From Veleropilina oligotropha (taxonomy: Eukaryota), in assembly GCA_048128005.1 (NCBI GenBank), contig JBEUKZ010000133.1, positions 62,001 through 108,497 of the forward strand: a DNA stretch of 46,497 nt. Reading direction: 5' to 3'. A program made the position numbers and the translations under genes. A model generated the notes under the pieces. It worked only from the letters and a program-made list of their open reading frames with translations. It ran no database searches and was not told the DNA's origin. Shown piece after piece: positions 1 to 13,566 of the stretch; the stretch's first letter is position 1, and every line of letters begins with the position of its first letter.

Positions 1-88
1 GTTATATACACGACCTACAAATACTCTTGGGAATGTGTGTACCAATTTTGGTGAAAATTGAGCGGGTAGTTTTCAAATAAATCGACGG

Positions 89-143
<55 letters not shown>

Positions 144-212
144 TATATGTATATACACACGGACCATTTGATAATGTCTTGTCCTTTTTTACAAAAAGGT
201 CAAGACATAAAA
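1..212 (+). mobile_element. 3' end of a Helentron/HINE-like non-autonomous element
   Basis: Internal microsatellite, then terminal hairpin atgtcttgtccttttt...aaaaaggtcaagacat followed by an A-run. Confidence 0.4.
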
Positions 213-279
213 ATTAAAAATGACCGTTTCAGGGAATACATTAAAAGAATTTGACACATTTAATCAATCTATTTTAATT

Positions 280-755
<476 letters not shown>

Positions 756-757
756 GT

Positions 758-1454
758 TGTGGCGAACTTTGAGGGGCAGCGAACTATGTGGGGCAGTTGC
801 GATGTCTGCGCATGTGCAGCAATTAGTCTACTGTGCTGACAGAGTTGGATCCCCTTTTGTAATTTGTCTATTAGGCCTGCGAGCACTCAAGTAATAACAT
901 ATCAATTATAATAATGTTAAATTTTAATGTATAAATTAACAAATAGCGTTTCATCTATATATCGGTGTGTTCTACCTGTGCTGTTGGCAAATAGTTATAT
1001 TCGCTTCTACATATGCGCATTATTTTATTGCCTATGTAACAAACAACTGTTGAACAGCATTATATGAACTTAATTATCATTAATATTATATCTGGAGTAT
1101 TTTCTATGCAAATGCTTGATGATGTATATTCTTAACTTTATTATTTGAAGTGCAACCAGCATAGGCTATATCTACTAAACATAAACACGTTAGTAAATTA
1201 AATTTCACGTATATGTTTATGTGCGCGACGGCCTGAAGAAGCGAATATATAAAACTATCCTGCCAACTGCATAGACAAACGTTTTTTACTCGTTAATTCG
1301 TACATTGCAAATGTGCCCTAATAATTGATACAATCATATTTCTAGTAATCGACAAATTACACAAGGGGACCTGACTTGTCAGTGCACTGCAAACTAATTG
1401 CCTCACATAGGCAGACATCGCACATGCGATCGCTGCCTTTCAAAGTTCGCCACA
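758..1454. mobile_element. MITE with ~70 bp TIRs, TGT...ACA ends and 5-bp TSD (Ginger-like)
   Basis: tgtggcgaactttga... / ...tcaaagttcgccaca, flanked by caggt at 753-757 and 1455-1459. Confidence 0.75.
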
Positions 1455-2502
1455 CAGGTAATTAACTATCGCATATATATATATATATGTATATAGCCTA
1501 TATATATATATATATATAAGAAATTTGTAGCCAGAAAGTGATATAACAAAGCTTATAACAATTTATTCATAATAGGTATCTTAAACATTATTTTACACAT
1601 GAAGTAGAATCGATATCATGCTTTATTGCTGCCAGTTCACATTTCATAGATAAGTGGGCGTGTACCCTTGAAATCCCGTCCCACGTTGATTTCCTCCTTC
1701 TAGAATAAATCGATCTATTTCATTGCAAAATTCTGCGTGGTTACAATCGCAAAAATTCAACATTAATATACACCGCTTGAAATAACTGAATATATAAATA
1801 GCTGACCCAGTTAACTTACTAAATTGAGGGTTGTTAGGCGCCCTGTAAGCATTATATTTGGCATCGAGAGCAAGGACTTGTTGCCAATTTGCAGCCATTA
1901 TCTAAATGTCGCATATATCAATAACCTACACCATGATACTGTAAATATTAAATAACTTGTGTATTATTACATACATAGGGTAGTATTGTGGAAAAATCAC
2001 GCATATGTTTTTTAAAATGATTAAATATAATTCGAAAGTACTGAAGAATAATTTCTATATGTATACATGTGCCTACATATATTAATCTATTTTCGGATCC
2101 GTCTATATTTAGAATTTTCGCGATTATTACGGAAGCGTATTAGGACCACCATTCATTAATTTTAATTTTGAGTTAACACCTTGATACATCGACTTATATA
2201 TTAATATATCTCGATAAATGGACTTACTATCTCGATCAATCGACATCATAATATTACAGGCAAATCAATGGTGGTACCGGTATAGATGTGAAATCAGCAT
2301 TCATGACCTTATAGGTACCGTATCGTAAACAGGCTCATTAAACAGAATATAGATACCAGTATGTTGTATGCAAATATCCGATATATTTATGATCTTTGAC
2401 ATTAATTTGACAATTCCCAGGGTGCATACAAATATACCTCACACGAGGTACACACCATGTATCCGAAGTATATATCATATATATCGCGGTGACAGTAGTA
2501 GA

Positions 2503-2806
2503 CAGGGGCGGATCCAGGATTTTGAGAAGGGGGGGGGGGGTCCATGTTTCATCAAATATACTATCAACTGTTCGCGTGGGGCCAGTGAAAATTTTGACAA
2601 TCTACAGCCTGAAACCTCTTCTGCACTCTGACACGGCAAAAGCGATATTTCTTACCAACATTTATGAACCATTTTCACTAAAATGTATGAGTAATTTTTC
2701 ATTTTTTTCACAATCTAACACATTGGGTTTTATAATGGCCGATGCAAAGAGGCACTTGGTCCATCAAGGGGGTGGACCCCCCCCCTCCCCTCTAGATCCG
2801 CCCCTG
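2503..2806. mobile_element. hAT-like MITE (CAGGGGCGGATC TIR)
   Basis: TIRs caggggcggatc / gatccgcccctg. Direct repeat gtaga at 2498-2502 and 2807-2811. Confidence 0.8.
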
Positions 2807-2854
2807 GTAGACAACGGGCCTATGGTTGCGAAGAGTTTATTTGTTGGTTAATAA

Positions 2855-3060
2855 CTTTGTTTTACGACCACTTTGGGGTTTTTATCCGACTTACCACAGC
2901 ATGGACACCTGCAGGTTTAATGTCTCACTCGGATCTGACCGACATATAGGGCATGTTACCTTGCGCCGTAGAATGAACCGCTGGTTGAACTCAAAGTAGA
3001 GGCTAAATAAAATCCTCGGTTGAGCGTCTGGCGCTCTAATCACTCAGCCACCGAAGCCGC
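2855..3060 (-). mobile_element. tRNA-derived SINE, family B (related copies ~19240-19400, 28982-29140, 34365-34520, 40840-41010)
   Basis: A-box-like head ggtggctgagtgattagagcg on -. Shares tcggatctgaccgacata with the 29100 copy. Confidence 0.55.
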
Positions 3061-3397
3061 TTTGGCACTTGGAGGTATATAAAATGTTCCCCGCATGTGC
3101 TGCCAGAAATACTGAGAGGGAGATGGTAGTCGAAAGTAGGATTGAGGTCATTGTGAAGTCATGGAATAACAAGATTATAAACACAGTCACTGACTGCTAT
3201 ATTTTTAATCATGTACATCAAGTTTATATTAATGAATGGGAAATAAATGATTCAATAAAGATATACCGATGAACTGTATATTAGATGTAAAGGGTGTATA
3301 ATGTAAACAGGCGCTGTATAATATGCTAGAGTGCTTATGATAACGGTATACGTGGGATTTGAATAATATACAGAGGAATTATAATAAACCGTAGACC

Positions 3398-3692
3398 TAT
3401 ATATTATTTATAATAGGAAGTTTTTTAATATTTATATAAGATGACCGTGTGATAATAGCTAGTTGCTCAAACAGGTGGACCAGTTTAATGCGTCGTGAAT
3501 AGCCATCACCACATCAAAGTTCGTCATGGCTGTCTATTGTCAAAAATAATAAACTGGAGAGCTATATATATTATAATAGGAAGTTGTTTAAAAGGTGGCA
3601 GTGTGAAACAGTTGTTCAAACAGGTGGATCCATTTAATGCGTCGTGAATAGCAATCACCACATCAAAGTTCGTCATGGCTGTCTACTGTCAT
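3398..3692. repeat. Tandem duplication, two ~150 bp units
   Basis: aatgcgtcgtgaatagc..atcaccacatcaaagttcgtcatggctgtcta occurs twice. Confidence 0.85.
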
Positions 3693-3730
3693 CAATACAA
3701 TATGCTTAACATCCTGTTTTAAACAATCTT

Positions 3731-4044
3731 CGGTGCTCTTTCGGTACTTCCCCCACAGCTCCGGCTTTTATCATATTTAAGGAGCTCCGGCTTTTATTCG
3801 TCTTCAATTCACGGCCTCTGATAAGATACACGTGATGGGTACGTAGTTGTATTGGCTTTACAAACGTATATACACCGGACCGCCCCGTGAGCCAGCATGA
3901 CTGACCGAGCTTCACCTGTTGCTAGTCCCCATTGATTTAACATTAACGACGCGTCCAAAGTCGTGCTTTTATCGGAGATGAAAAACCGGATTTCCAAAGT
4001 TGAGTAAAAGCCGGAGCTGTGGGGGAAGTACCGAAAGAGCGCCC
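3731..4044. mobile_element. MITE with ~40 bp TIRs nested in a degenerate family-A SINE (~3702-4230)
   Basis: cggtgctctttcggtacttcccccacagctccggctttta and its inverse at 4005-4044. TSD (c)aatctt on both sides. Confidence 0.8.
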
Positions 4045-4589
4045 AATCTTCATATTCATACCAGGGTATGTCCTTGCTATCACGGAAGGGGAGCCTGGTA
4101 GGCAGGGGTAACTCGCTCTCTCCGGCCTGATATGGACAACTGTGACTGGTAACTGAACAAAACAATGTCATATTCCCAGCTGATGTTTGAACGCAATCAT
4201 GTTATGCAGAGCAGTCAAGCGATTGTCTGTTTTTGGTTTAGCTTGAATCATTGCTTAAAGTCCCGTGTAACGCCATTCAGGGTTTTACCAAAACATGGTC
4301 ATACAATGTCGAGAACAGAACACGTAAATCGCTAAAACCAGCCCGGATTGTGATTGTTTATTTCACAAAATGTCGACTAGTGGATTTCAACCCACTCAGC
4401 GAAATCAATGCAATACGCGCGAGTGGAATTTGATAATGCTTTGACTCATTCGGCTACAGGTGAGCTTCTCGACTTTTAAATCAATTTATTAGGATCATCC
4501 TAAGTCGATTTATTTAAAATCAAAAATCAATTAACAAATCAAAATGAAAAATAACGATATTTGGCCCTAATACGTTTCCGTACGGCTAT

Positions 4590-4682
4590 AATAATATTCT
4601 TCGACCAATCATTTGCAGATCCAATTATAAAACCTATCAATCACGTAGTTTGTGAAACTTCACTTCTTGGCCAACTTTCAAC
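4590..4682 (+). promoter_or_regulatory. Proximal promoter or 5'UTR of Rac copy 1 (two CCAAT motifs, TATAAAA; alternatively a tttgcag acceptor ending 4618)
   Basis: CCAAT at ~4606 and 4621, TATAAAA at ~4627. The block is conserved upstream of copy 2 (27205-27300). Confidence 0.4.
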
Positions 4683-4717
4683 ATGCAGGCAATTAAATGC
4701 GTTGTTGTTGGCGATGG
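4683..4717 (+). CDS. Rac1: Rac GTPase copy 1, coding exon 1 (MQAIKCVVVGDG)
   Basis: ATG at 4683, 35 nt, then GTAAG donor at 4718. Peptide and exon size match the Rac1 N-terminus. Confidence 0.95.
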
Positions 4718-6001
4718 GTAAGTTATAAACTAAGTAAATCTTTTTTTAATTCATGTCTTGCGTTTAGAAACGCAGTTTGAAATTTGGATGTATTGTTTAT
4801 TGTTTCCATCTTGTTTCATAAGTTCATAAGTTAGAAAACTTTACGAGCATTATATATTATATAGATTTTTCTTTATTAGACTGCAATATATATATACAGT
4901 GATTTTGTAATATAGATATCGAACTCTTTCATACTGTTACATTTATATTAGCTGAATAATTCGGCAAAATTGCCAAAATTCGATTGTACATGTATCTAGA
5001 TTTTTATTTTATTTCGATGTAGAGAGGAATTCGAATTTAGTGATCAAAAATAAATCTAGCATAGACCAAACAATATTAACACAATAAGATATATGTTTTC
5101 ATGTGATTGTTACATCAAAAGTAGGCCTACGTAACACATCAAAGTCAAAAACAAAACATGAAAAGCCAAATGCGCAATTAATTTATCACAAGCTTCGAGC
5201 AATATACGAGTGGTCATGATGGACATGTATATTTATTAATTCGAGGAGTTTTCATATCAATAAATAAACAAGTTATATTTATATTATTCGAAAAGAACAT
5301 TTGCGCAACGTTGCATTTGTAAAATATTGAGCAGGTATGGTCTAGATGCGAGATTTCACTGAACATTTAAAATTATATAGAACAAAATCACGCACAAAAT
5401 CTGAATCTTACTCACTATCAAAAGATGGTTGCAGTTGCAGTTTATATATGTAAAACGTTCTACCTTACAATAACTGACCAAAATACAGATCTTGATTTAT
5501 AAATAATGCCATAAAATTGTACATTATATTTCAAGCTGTCCGAAGCTTTAAAAATGTTGTTCCTAATTAAGGTAATGCGATGATCATTTCAACAATGGAA
5601 ATTTAAAGCAAACTGACAATCGTCGTATATATAAGTTTGCGGTCTACTCGATCGTATATACCTGTTTTATTATAATAAACGTGAATTGATACCTTTATAA
5701 ACTGTGATGGTTTCCATTCTCCAATAACAACAATGCTGTTTAAAGTTCTATTCATAGCATTTTGTTCCATTAATATCCAACTGTATGATTATGCTTTTAA
5801 CCCAATATATGAAAGCCGAATATGACATTAAATGGATATTCTTCATGAATAGTAGAAACCCCATGTTGGAAATACAATATTGTAAAAGTCTATATATATA
5901 TCTTTTTAAAGATATATGAGTAATGCTATTGTGTGTAACATTCAGAGTTGCGGGATGTTTTACAGGTATATATTAAGTGACTTCGTATGTTATAGTTCAA
6001 C

Positions 6002-6003
<2 letters not shown>

Positions 6004-6091
<88 letters not shown>
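6004..6091. repeat. (TA)n microsatellite
   Basis: Read directly from the sequence. Confidence 0.97.
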
Positions 6092-6094
<3 letters not shown>

Positions 6095-6551
6095 GACGAT
6101 ACTTCATGGAGATTCTTTTGTTACAAAACTGTGTCTATCTTTGATATTCACTTTTAGCGTGGTATATGAAAACAATGGGCTGATGTTCACGCGTCGTTTA
6201 TTAGCCAAACCTGAACAATGAAATGTGATAATTTTCAACAGGCGGCTGTGGTGGTCAGGGTCAAAGATTATAGTGGTCTGCTGAGTACGATCTCATACTC
6301 TGGTGACTGTTTCGTACTCAAATCAACACTCTTGATCATTGCAGAGTCTGAGCTGAGTTTCATATGAGTCTTTATAATCTTGCGGCCCAGGTCTCCATTT
6401 GACCAGTTTAAAATGCTTATTTACAGTATATTTTAAGAATATTTGAGGCTAAAATTGTATATTATATCAAGCAAAAGGATGATACAATTCATGATCACTT
6501 TATATTGTATTTACACATTTAAATGAAAATTCGCAGAGCATGACATGAAAA

Positions 6552-6770
6552 CATGGGCGGATATAATTTTAATCAAACGGGTGGGTTCCAGACATCCAGT
6601 CATCCACTTTTTTACCAATCACAAATTTGATGGTCAAAATTATCGCGTTTTACACTGTCAGAATGTAGGAGAGGTATTTCACACCGTTAATTGTCAACTT
6701 TTTTCACAGCTGATAGTATAATTCATAAAAGTTGGACACTCACATTCTCCAAATCCTGCATCTGCCCCTG
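6552..6770. mobile_element. hAT-like MITE, same family as 2503-2806, reverse orientation
   Basis: catgggcggat...atctgcccctg with tgaaaa on both sides. Confidence 0.65.
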
Positions 6771-7005
6771 TGAAAAACAGTAAATCGTAACAAATATCAT
6801 ACCTATACCTGCAAATAATGGGTGGACTTCACTGCATTCTTCGGAGAAGTAACATCATCTTGGAAGTCTAAATCCAACAACTCACAGTCAAATCTCTAAA
6901 TTTGGAAAAGTCCTACATCGTTTTCGTCTCTTACATGAAAAAATACCTAATATAAATTATTGTTCTACTGTATCGCCTAAATCGGTTAGACCATGTAACT
7001 CGTGA

Positions 7006-7138
7006 ATATGTTGGATAGACACAGTTTTCCACCGTTGATTAAGTGTGAAATCGGATCATTGCACTCGTGCTTCGCACTCGAACAATGGTCCGATTTCACA
7101 CTTAATCAACGATGGAAAACTGTGTCTATCCAACATAT
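7006..7138. repeat. ~133 bp near-perfect palindrome (transposon terminal hairpin)
   Basis: atatgttggatagacacagttttcca...tggaaaactgtgtctatccaacatat with central ctcgtgcttcgcactcg. Confidence 0.9.
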
Positions 7139-7161
7139 ACACTCTTTAGCATGATCTAACC

Positions 7162-7310
<149 letters not shown>

Positions 7311-7319
7311 AAAAAGAAA

Positions 7320-8365
7320 ATACAGAATTGCGACTAGGCAAACATTTTATACAATGAAAATATATTAAAATGGCCATCGGCACAATTATAGATATGCTTA
7401 CTAACATTTAAAAATCTTAAATTTTCGTTTCTTATCTGTTGCCTATGAACAGTCATTCGTTTGCGCAATTCGCACCCTGTTTGACCAATATAGAAATCTT
7501 TACACTTTGTACAAATCATAGCATAGATAACATTTTGTGTTTTACAAGTAATGTTTTGCTTCACCTTAAATTCAAATCCATTCTTAAAACGGTATGAATT
7601 ACCTTCAATAATAAGTTTACAAGTTTCACATCGTGGCGTGTTACATCTAGAAACAGAAGGGATGTTTTCTTCTGTATCAAATCTAGATGAGGATAATAGA
7701 TGCTTAAAATTGTTGGGTTGATGTTTACTATTTAATTCTTTATATCTATTTAAAATTGAACGCATAGTTTTATCTTTCTCTAATTGGGTTTGCACATATT
7801 GCTAAAAACCGTAAACATATTCACATTATTAGGTTTATGTGTAGATACGAAAGAAATGATATTTGAATCGCATTTATCGTCCTTGCATCTCGTTGTAATT
7901 GGACCGACATCAATTGCTTTTCTTATACCACTTCTTATAAGTTCCAATGGGTAATGTTGCATGAGCAAAAATGAACACAATTCTGCAAATCTTTGTTCAC
8001 GGGTTTTTACATCAGATACAACTGTTACAATCTTAGAGGCAAGATTAAATGGTATATTCGTCTGTATATGTTTCGGGTGACATGAATAAAAATCTAAATA
8101 ATTATGTGAATTTGTACATTTATAATATAAATCTGTTGACAATTTTTTTTTTTCAAAAGTACTAAAATATCTAAAAAGGCATTTCAATATCATTACAATT
8201 CATAGTGAAATTAATGTCTGGATGCAAAGAATTCAATTCGTTAAATAGTACATCAATATTCATGTCAAAATTCCATATTATGAAACAATCATCAAGGAAA
8301 CGTTTGAAATTTCCTTTCAAATATGAAGCAATGTTGGCATTATATTTGCGTTCCATAGTCTCGTA
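7320..8365 (-). mobile_element. Penelope-like retroelement fragment (RT C-terminus + GIY-YIG endonuclease), frameshifted
   Basis: Three overlapping ORFs: FKRFLDDCFIIW (RT catalytic motif), YLDFYSCHPKH (thumb), CxxxxCxxC and NVIYAMICTKCKDFYIGQT..LRKRM..H (GIY-YIG). Confidence 0.92.
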
Positions 8366-8758
8366 TTTATATATAGGGATTGAACTGCAGTTGGACAGAG
8401 TTTATGATGCTATGAACGCAAGCAGCAATTACGTCTTCTATGGAGCGCGTTAGCGCTCCATTTAGAATATCATAAACGCAATCCGGTAAAAATAACATAA
8501 TATTTTAGTTTGTTATGATGTAGTAATTATTGTATATCGTCAGGTAACGTCCAATTAACGGAACAGCCTTTCCATCGTGCAAAAATAATTCCTGTATGTA
8601 TTTCATTCTGTGGTAAAAATAAATTTATTTAATATTAAATATATAATTTAAATTTTACATTAGAGACAATACTTTGCATGTATAACAATTATATTATAAC
8701 AAGAAACATGGTGCGATATTACTATGCCTAACCTATTTTCACTATTGCGTTCATAGTA

Positions 8759-9822
8759 CAGTGAGAGCCAATAAAAAGGCCACAATAAAAATGTTTTCTC
8801 ATTTCGTCATTTTGTTGCCAAAACGAATTAAATTTTTCAGACACTGAAAACAAATGTTGGTAGTGTATTTTGCTGTGTCTTTAAGACCGATTAAAACAGA
8901 ATGCCACTCACCACAGAACAATGAGGAAAACTCGTCGAAACCTACTTTATGACAAAATCGATAGTTAAACTGCAACGGGCATATTGTCGCCATTTCGAGA
9001 TTAAGAGAGCGTCCGTTATAAATACATTTTGGAAGGTTGTGAATAAAATCCAAATTGAGAGATCTGTCTACAATGTCAACAAAGAGAGATCTGGCCAGCT
9101 CAGAACAGATAAAACTGCATGAAACATTGATGCAGTCCCTAAAACTGTGAACCATTTTCTAAAGAAATCCATCGGATGATGATCACAGAATCCAGAAGTT
9201 TTATTCATCTACCTGCCGTCACCTAGATATTTTTAACAATCGACAATGGTTATATGCAGGATGGTGGAACACCGCATACTGCCAATTTAACATTGAACAT
9301 TGAAGTTTGGTGATAAGGTGATCTCCCGAAGGACGGAAACTCCTAAGGGGAACCCCAATGTTCTGATCTCAATCCTCTTGATTCCTTCCTTTGGGAGTAT
9401 GCTATTGACAATGTTTACGCTGACAATCCGAGGATACTTCAAAACGTGAAGACATCACAATATTCATTAAAGACATCCCATGGATATGTGCACGATTAAT
9501 ACAGACATCCCATGGATATGTGCACGATTAATCGAAAACTTTGAGACTGATTGCATGCCTGAACCGGGATGGTGCTCACATTGCGCATATTATGTAAAAC
9601 TTTAACTTGTGAAAATCCTGAATTCGATGACTTTTTTAAATGGTCATAATTCTTGAAACAAGTGAGAAAATGAGACAATGAATATCACTAATAAAACTCC
9701 CAGATCTATGCATCAAGGTGGTATATGTCACAAGTCAACATGTGAGAACACCAAGATTTGTAAAATGTATATATTTGTGGCCTGTTATCTGGCATTTGTG
9801 GCCTTTTTTCTGGCCCACCCTG
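8759..9822 (+). mobile_element. Degenerate, internally deleted Tc1/mariner-superfamily element (maT/rosa-like)
   Basis: TA-flanked TIRs cagtgagagccaataaaaaggccacaa / ttgtggccttttttctggcccaccctg. Remnant peptides MQDGGTPHTA and KFGDKVISRR...SDLNPLDSFLWEY...VYADNP at ~9255-9450. Confidence 0.8.
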
Positions 9823-10785
9823 TATGAACGCAATCAAATTGTAGTGAGCTAATTAGCGTACGATGTAAATATATGTAACATGATATCAGTCATATACATA
9901 TTTATTGAGCACCTACGTAGTATAAATTTACAGTTTTATGCACTTTCTGGTGGTTTTTCTTTCAAATTGACATGAAACACATCTTGGATTTGTAATTGCG
10001 CTGCTGAATTGTGTATCATATCACATTAACGGGGTTCATAATCATTGACATGAACCAGTTGCATCTACAGTGGTAATGTAAAACAAACTAAGATTGTCTA
10101 AATTATGACGCAGTTTAAATATATGTGAAAATCTACTTTTCGTATGCAGTGCTAATGCAGATAAAAACGTTAGCTACGAAACGAAATGCATCAGTCAGAG
10201 ATCCGGCGTTTTACAATTTGATAAATAACTTATAATTTTTACCGACCCAATTGCAGGCACCCAGTACCAGTTAATTATGTTATTCAACGTTTTCAAATCA
10301 GCATTATATCTTAATCGTAATGCTTAAATATCATTCCACCCACCTGCTTGCATGAATGCAAAGGTGAATCGTAGCTTGTTGAGAGCTGCAAGTGTCGTAC
10401 ATATTGTTGTGATTTCTTGCAATAAAAAGCTACGAATTCACAACATGATTTTTTTAGATTTAGATTAATGCTTATTGTCCCATTTGACAACATTCGAGGC
10501 CATACCAGAACACAATATCCAGGAGGAAATCCCGACCACCCTGGAATATCCGTCCACACCACCCAAGTATGTGCCACCGTGACTGATAAACCCACAAAGT
10601 GTCGAGCAGATGATTGGGACTCACTGAGCATAGTCAATTACATGTAGTACTATTGAATTTGGAACAACGATTTAACGCACTCGGACACCAATGCGGCCTA
10701 CATGCAAAGGATTGGTGATCGCATACAATGGAATTGTTGCAGAAATTCATTTCAGATATGTAAAAAGTATTATTTTCGTTTTCAG

Positions 10786-10857
10786 TGCTGTGGGTAAGAC
10801 TTGCTTGCTGATCAGTTACACCACAAACGCCTTCCCAGGGGAATACATCCCAACAGT
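10786..10857 (+). CDS. Rac1: Rac copy 1, exon 2 ([25 protein letters not shown]-loop end and switch I)
   Basis: ttttcag acceptor ending 10785, 72 nt, GTAAG donor at 10858. Phase is compatible with exons 1 and 3. Confidence 0.96.
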
Positions 10858-11039
10858 GTAAGTGTTCATTTACGATTTTAAATCCTTCTTTTGGTTGGTG
10901 TGAACAAGATGCGAGGTGTACTATAGGTATCGTTTTTCGCGACACGTGTCCTATGACCTGTTACGCTGTGGCTAGGCGTTGCGAGGAATTTAATGACACT
11001 GGCTGTGCTGTTTCTGGTTTTGTTTGCACTGCGGTTGAT

Positions 11040-12015
11040 TTAAATATATTTAAATATAATTTGTTTGAGTTTAGAATGCGGATTACTTCCACTCATATAA
11101 ACCATTATTGTTGTCTGGTCATCTATAACCGGCCCTGCTTGTTAAAAATGCTCGTGTATGAGATTTTGAAATTGGTTTAAAGATGTCGATTCCATTGCAT
11201 TATAAGGAAGATTATTCCATTCATCGACAATCCGATTTCAGAAAAAATGTTTTCTAATGTCTAGTCGGACTCTTGCTTTGTAAAGCCTGATATCCCTGGT
11301 AAACCTTTGTTTCATCGAAAAAAAGAAACTACTGTCAACGTTGTCATTTCCTGTGAACATTTTAAACACCTGATTCGTATCATCCCCTATCATTCTCAAA
11401 GACAATGTTGTGAGGTTGAGTGCTCTTAGTCTGTCGTCATATGGTAATTCCCTCAATTATCCTATCAATTTTGTGGTTCATCTTTGAACTTGTTCTAGAA
11501 TTTGGATATCCTTTGCAAGATCCGGGTTCCATGCTTGCACTGCATACTCTAAATGCTGTCTATCCATTTGCTTGTTTAGGCGTGTTCTGATGGCTTTGGA
11601 TTTTAAATTAAAAAAATTCTTTATCATTCCCAATATTTGATTTTTCTTTTTGGCTAATTCTGCACATTGATTTGATGGTTTAAATGTCTTGTCTACCTAC
11701 ACACCTAAATATTTTTCTTTTGTCACTATACTTCTAAAGTATCTGAACCTATTTTATAATTATAGATATATTGTTGTTATAGCCCGCATGCATTACTTTA
11801 CATTTACATCTTCTTCAGTTTCGCTAATTCTGTACAATTTTGTATCGTCTGCAAACGTTTTTACTTGAGATGTAATGACGTCATCAATATCAATTAAATA
11901 AATCAGAAACAACAATGGGCCCAAAATAGAGCCTTGTGGTACTTCACTTAATACCGGCTCCCACTTTGATTTAATCCCATTTATTTCAAATCTGTTTTCT
12001 ATTATCTAGCCATTG
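11040..12015 (-). mobile_element. CR1-clade LINE, 5'-truncated and decayed
   Basis: Minus-strand VPQGSILGPLLFLIY...FADDTKLY (~11830-11950) and LPYDDRLRALNLTTL...RLDIRKHFF. Confidence 0.9.
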
Positions 12016-12926
12016 AAAGGTGCAGTCCATCCCTAAAATAACACTCCCTCCTTCCCTCAAACCTGTCCCACAAATGGTAACAGCCCACCAACAATCACGT
12101 TTCTCTTACCGTCGCCGTCAAACTTTGGAATCAATTCCTGGCACTTCACGGCATTTCCTCTGAACTGTCCTTCTCGATGTCATTTGCCCGATTATCACAA
12201 CCACGTGTCTTCTCCAGCTGTCAGTGTGTCCTCGACGTGACATCTTCGATATTAGCGCCATGTAAACACACCCTTTTACTTCTTTTACTGTCAACATCAC
12301 AAAATGAAATGATTATGCGCAATGATAACCCTATCTTCATCTGACAGGGACATTTCGTCATTGCGCCAATCTTGCATCGATGTAAAGAAATATTTGGCAC
12401 CATTTCTGCAATTATTATCGTCAAGCACCAAGGCATCAAGGTGACTGTTGCACTTGTGTTTCAATGTTGATGAAGTCAAAGTCGCAGCGACGATATCCTT
12501 CACGAACATCGTAGGTTTAGTAGTTCTCGACGTCAATTTCCTTGCAAGTTCACTGTGTATATGACTTTGCTGCGTCTCATGAAGAAATTCATAAGCGCAA
12601 ACAACTCGTAGCATTTACTACCGAAGTTCGCGAATATTGTCTTGTTGGATACCATTAGGTTTACTTATATTCTTTGATGAAATTTAATGAGTACATGCCT
12701 TGTGAGTGAAACGTTTTTTCGAACCATGGCGGCCCCGCAAGTATGGACAAAGCGATAAAATATCTTGTTTTGAATTAATCACTAATGTTTCCCATACTGA
12801 AATGTTCTTCGCGAAGACACGTTTCGTTTTGGTGAAGATTGTGTGTAACTTTGAAAAATAGATGGTCGCAATGCCACCATACAGCTCGCCTGACGCTCTT
12901 CTTTCAAAATATATATGCTGACCTTT
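12016..12926. mobile_element. Possible Kolobok-like non-autonomous element
   Basis: Ends aaaggtgcag / ctgaccttt. Internal segments resemble 31070-31210 and 31510-31575. Confidence 0.3.
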
Positions 12927-12959
12927 GACTGATTGTGTTCACATATATAATATTTTATC

Positions 12960-13320
12960 AATAAATAGCGAGCACACCCGTTTACAAATGGGTGATTTCT
13001 ATGAAATCCTCCATTGCCCGTCCCCCCTTCCCCTCAGTTCCCTCCCCCTCAGTCCCCCCCCATTTCTCTGTCACCCCCTCACACATGCCTGCCCCCCCCC
13101 CAGTTTCTCCCACCAATTTACCCCTCCTCCAATTCCACCATCCCCTCCCTCACACCTGCCCGACCCCCGCCCTCTATCCACCCCAAGACTCTCTCAATCA
13201 GCTAACGCTATCTCTCTATATATATAGCAGTGAACTTGACCAAATTCGAACGGGGCGCAGAAGTACCAAAGCGACAAACCTACACGCGAGCAAACAAAGC
13301 AGACAGACAGAATTACTACT
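12960..13320 (-). mobile_element. Dispersed repeat with C-rich interior; inverted homolog at 33432-33680
   Basis: gcacacccgtttacaa and gtgaacttgaccaaattcgaacggggcgcag match the reverse complement of 33465-33660. Confidence 0.7.
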
Positions 13321-13566
13321 TTATTTATTTGGTTTGCTTTGAATTTATTTCAAATATTAGCTGATAATTTGAACCATGACCAGTTGACCAGAGTGATATA
13401 TTATTAATTAGACACTGTATACCGTCTGCTATTGTATAATGACAACAAATATTGCCATTTCAAGAAACCATTGGAATGAACCAATGGAAATCCAGTTTTC
13501 AAAATCAGTTTAATTTCTGCTTTTGATGATTCCAGCTTCACAGAGGGACCATTAAGCTTAACAGCT

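Noticed and set aside
12925..13342. Proline-rich ORFs in three frames
   Set aside because: Result of a C-rich low-complexity tract inside a dispersed repeat.
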